A DNA stretch of 64,000 nt from positions 8,928,001 through 8,992,000 of the forward strand of contig OZ024752.1 of assembly GCA_964016885.1 (NCBI GenBank). The letters run 5' to 3'. The position numbers were made by a program, and so were the translations under genes. Source of the stretch: Eledone cirrhosa (lineage: Eukaryota). The first letter of the stretch is position 1. Every line of letters starts with the position of its first letter. Below are positions 62,870-64,000 of the stretch, in pieces. The notes below the pieces were generated by a model. The model searched no databases. It was not told the DNA's origin and saw only the letters and a program-made list of their open reading frames with translations.

Positions 62870-64000
62870 GGTAGGTCTTCTTGTCTGGGATGGGAATGGA
62901 CTTAAGTGAGATCCTGCAGTAAGTACTTCCAAAGCAGGAAAGTAAACGTCGTGCATGCTCTCATAGGCATGGATATTCAACAGCATTTGACCAGATTTCT
63001 ATGGGATCCTTTTTAGCCTCAAAAAGGGATTTGAAGATACTATCTTCCCCCAACTCAAATAACTCGACTTGTAGTTCCGTAGGACCCTCGGATATATCTA
63101 CTAAATGTGGTTCAAATACCAGTTTCATAGCAGGTGTGTATTTGTCAAAATCTGAAAATCTTTCAGTATATTCTTCTATTAAAGAATCCAAGACACCTAC
63201 ATATCCATCAAATATTTTATTTTCACATTTCTGCTCATTCAACATTTTTGCTAGCTCCAGGAAGTGTTCTGCAGATATATCCGAGCGAGAGAGTAATGTT
63301 TTGAAAAATGTTAATTTTTTTTTTTGAAACGCTTGGATCTTTTGCCACATTTCATATATATGCTTTGTTTTACCTTGCAAGCAAATATTTAAATTATTTT
63401 GTTTTGTCATGATATCAGACAAAAATGCAATGTTTCTGCAAAATGCTTCATCTGATAGATCACAAAGTTTTCCTTGTTCGTGATAAAAGTTTAAAATTTG
63501 TCGTCGTAAAGTTAAAACTTTTATCAAAACCTCTCCTGTTGATAGCCAGCGAACCTTGCAGTAGATCAACACTGTATGTTTCCTCGTCTAAAGTTAGCAT
63601 CTGCCTAAATTCACGATGATGCATTGCATTAACGCAAATATGGTTGACAATCGCAATTGCTCTATCCAGAGCGTCTTGCAAAATGCAGTGAAATGATATA
63701 AATTTTTTCAAGTTTAAGTTTTCATAAAGCAATGAATCCTTTCATAGAGGGTGCGCCATCGGTGCAGACACTGACTAAATTACTGACATTTAATTGTAAT
63801 CGATGACATACCTCTCTGAAGTTTTCGAAAATGTCAACTCCGCGAGTTCTTCCAGTTAGCATACCCAGCGCAAGAAGTTCTTCGTAACACTGAACATCTT
63901 TAGTTACAGCACGAATAAAATATAAAACTTGCGACAAGTCAGTTTTATCAGTGCTTTCATCCAAAGCAATTGAAAAATAAACAATCTTCATTTTGTATTA
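62870..64000 (-). mobile_element. hAT transposase fragment, copy 2 (near-identical to copy 1, runs off the right edge)
   Basis: Same 203-aa ORF; differs by a ~9-bp indel near 63723 versus 61652. Confidence 0.93.

Overview
AT-rich eukaryotic (metazoan) genomic DNA. The SINE/MITE/RTE repeat content suggests a cephalopod such as Octopus (inference). The left ~44 kb is ordinary gene space. It holds two MITE-hosted satellite arrays (31-bp and 61-bp units) and a probable first exon of an unidentified minus-strand gene. It also holds a complete 7-exon TIMM23 gene (minus, 204 aa) head-to-head with a complete 9-exon NAF1 gene (plus, 666 aa, Trp-spaced N/P/S-rich tail). The introns are full of SINEs, MITEs, an RTE fragment, a Helitron with both termini and type I hammerhead motifs. 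From ~44.8 kb the sequence changes abruptly to a SINE-poor, end-to-end mosaic of short fragments of unrelated parasites: Penelope-like elements, piggyBac, a CR1/L2-like LINE, R2, Gypsy, hAT, and parvovirus/densovirus-like capsid and NS1 pieces. About 16 of 19 recognisable fragments lie on the minus strand. The best interpretation (inference) is a flamenco-like unistrand piRNA cluster that also archives endogenous viral sequence. All homology calls are by eye; no searches were run.
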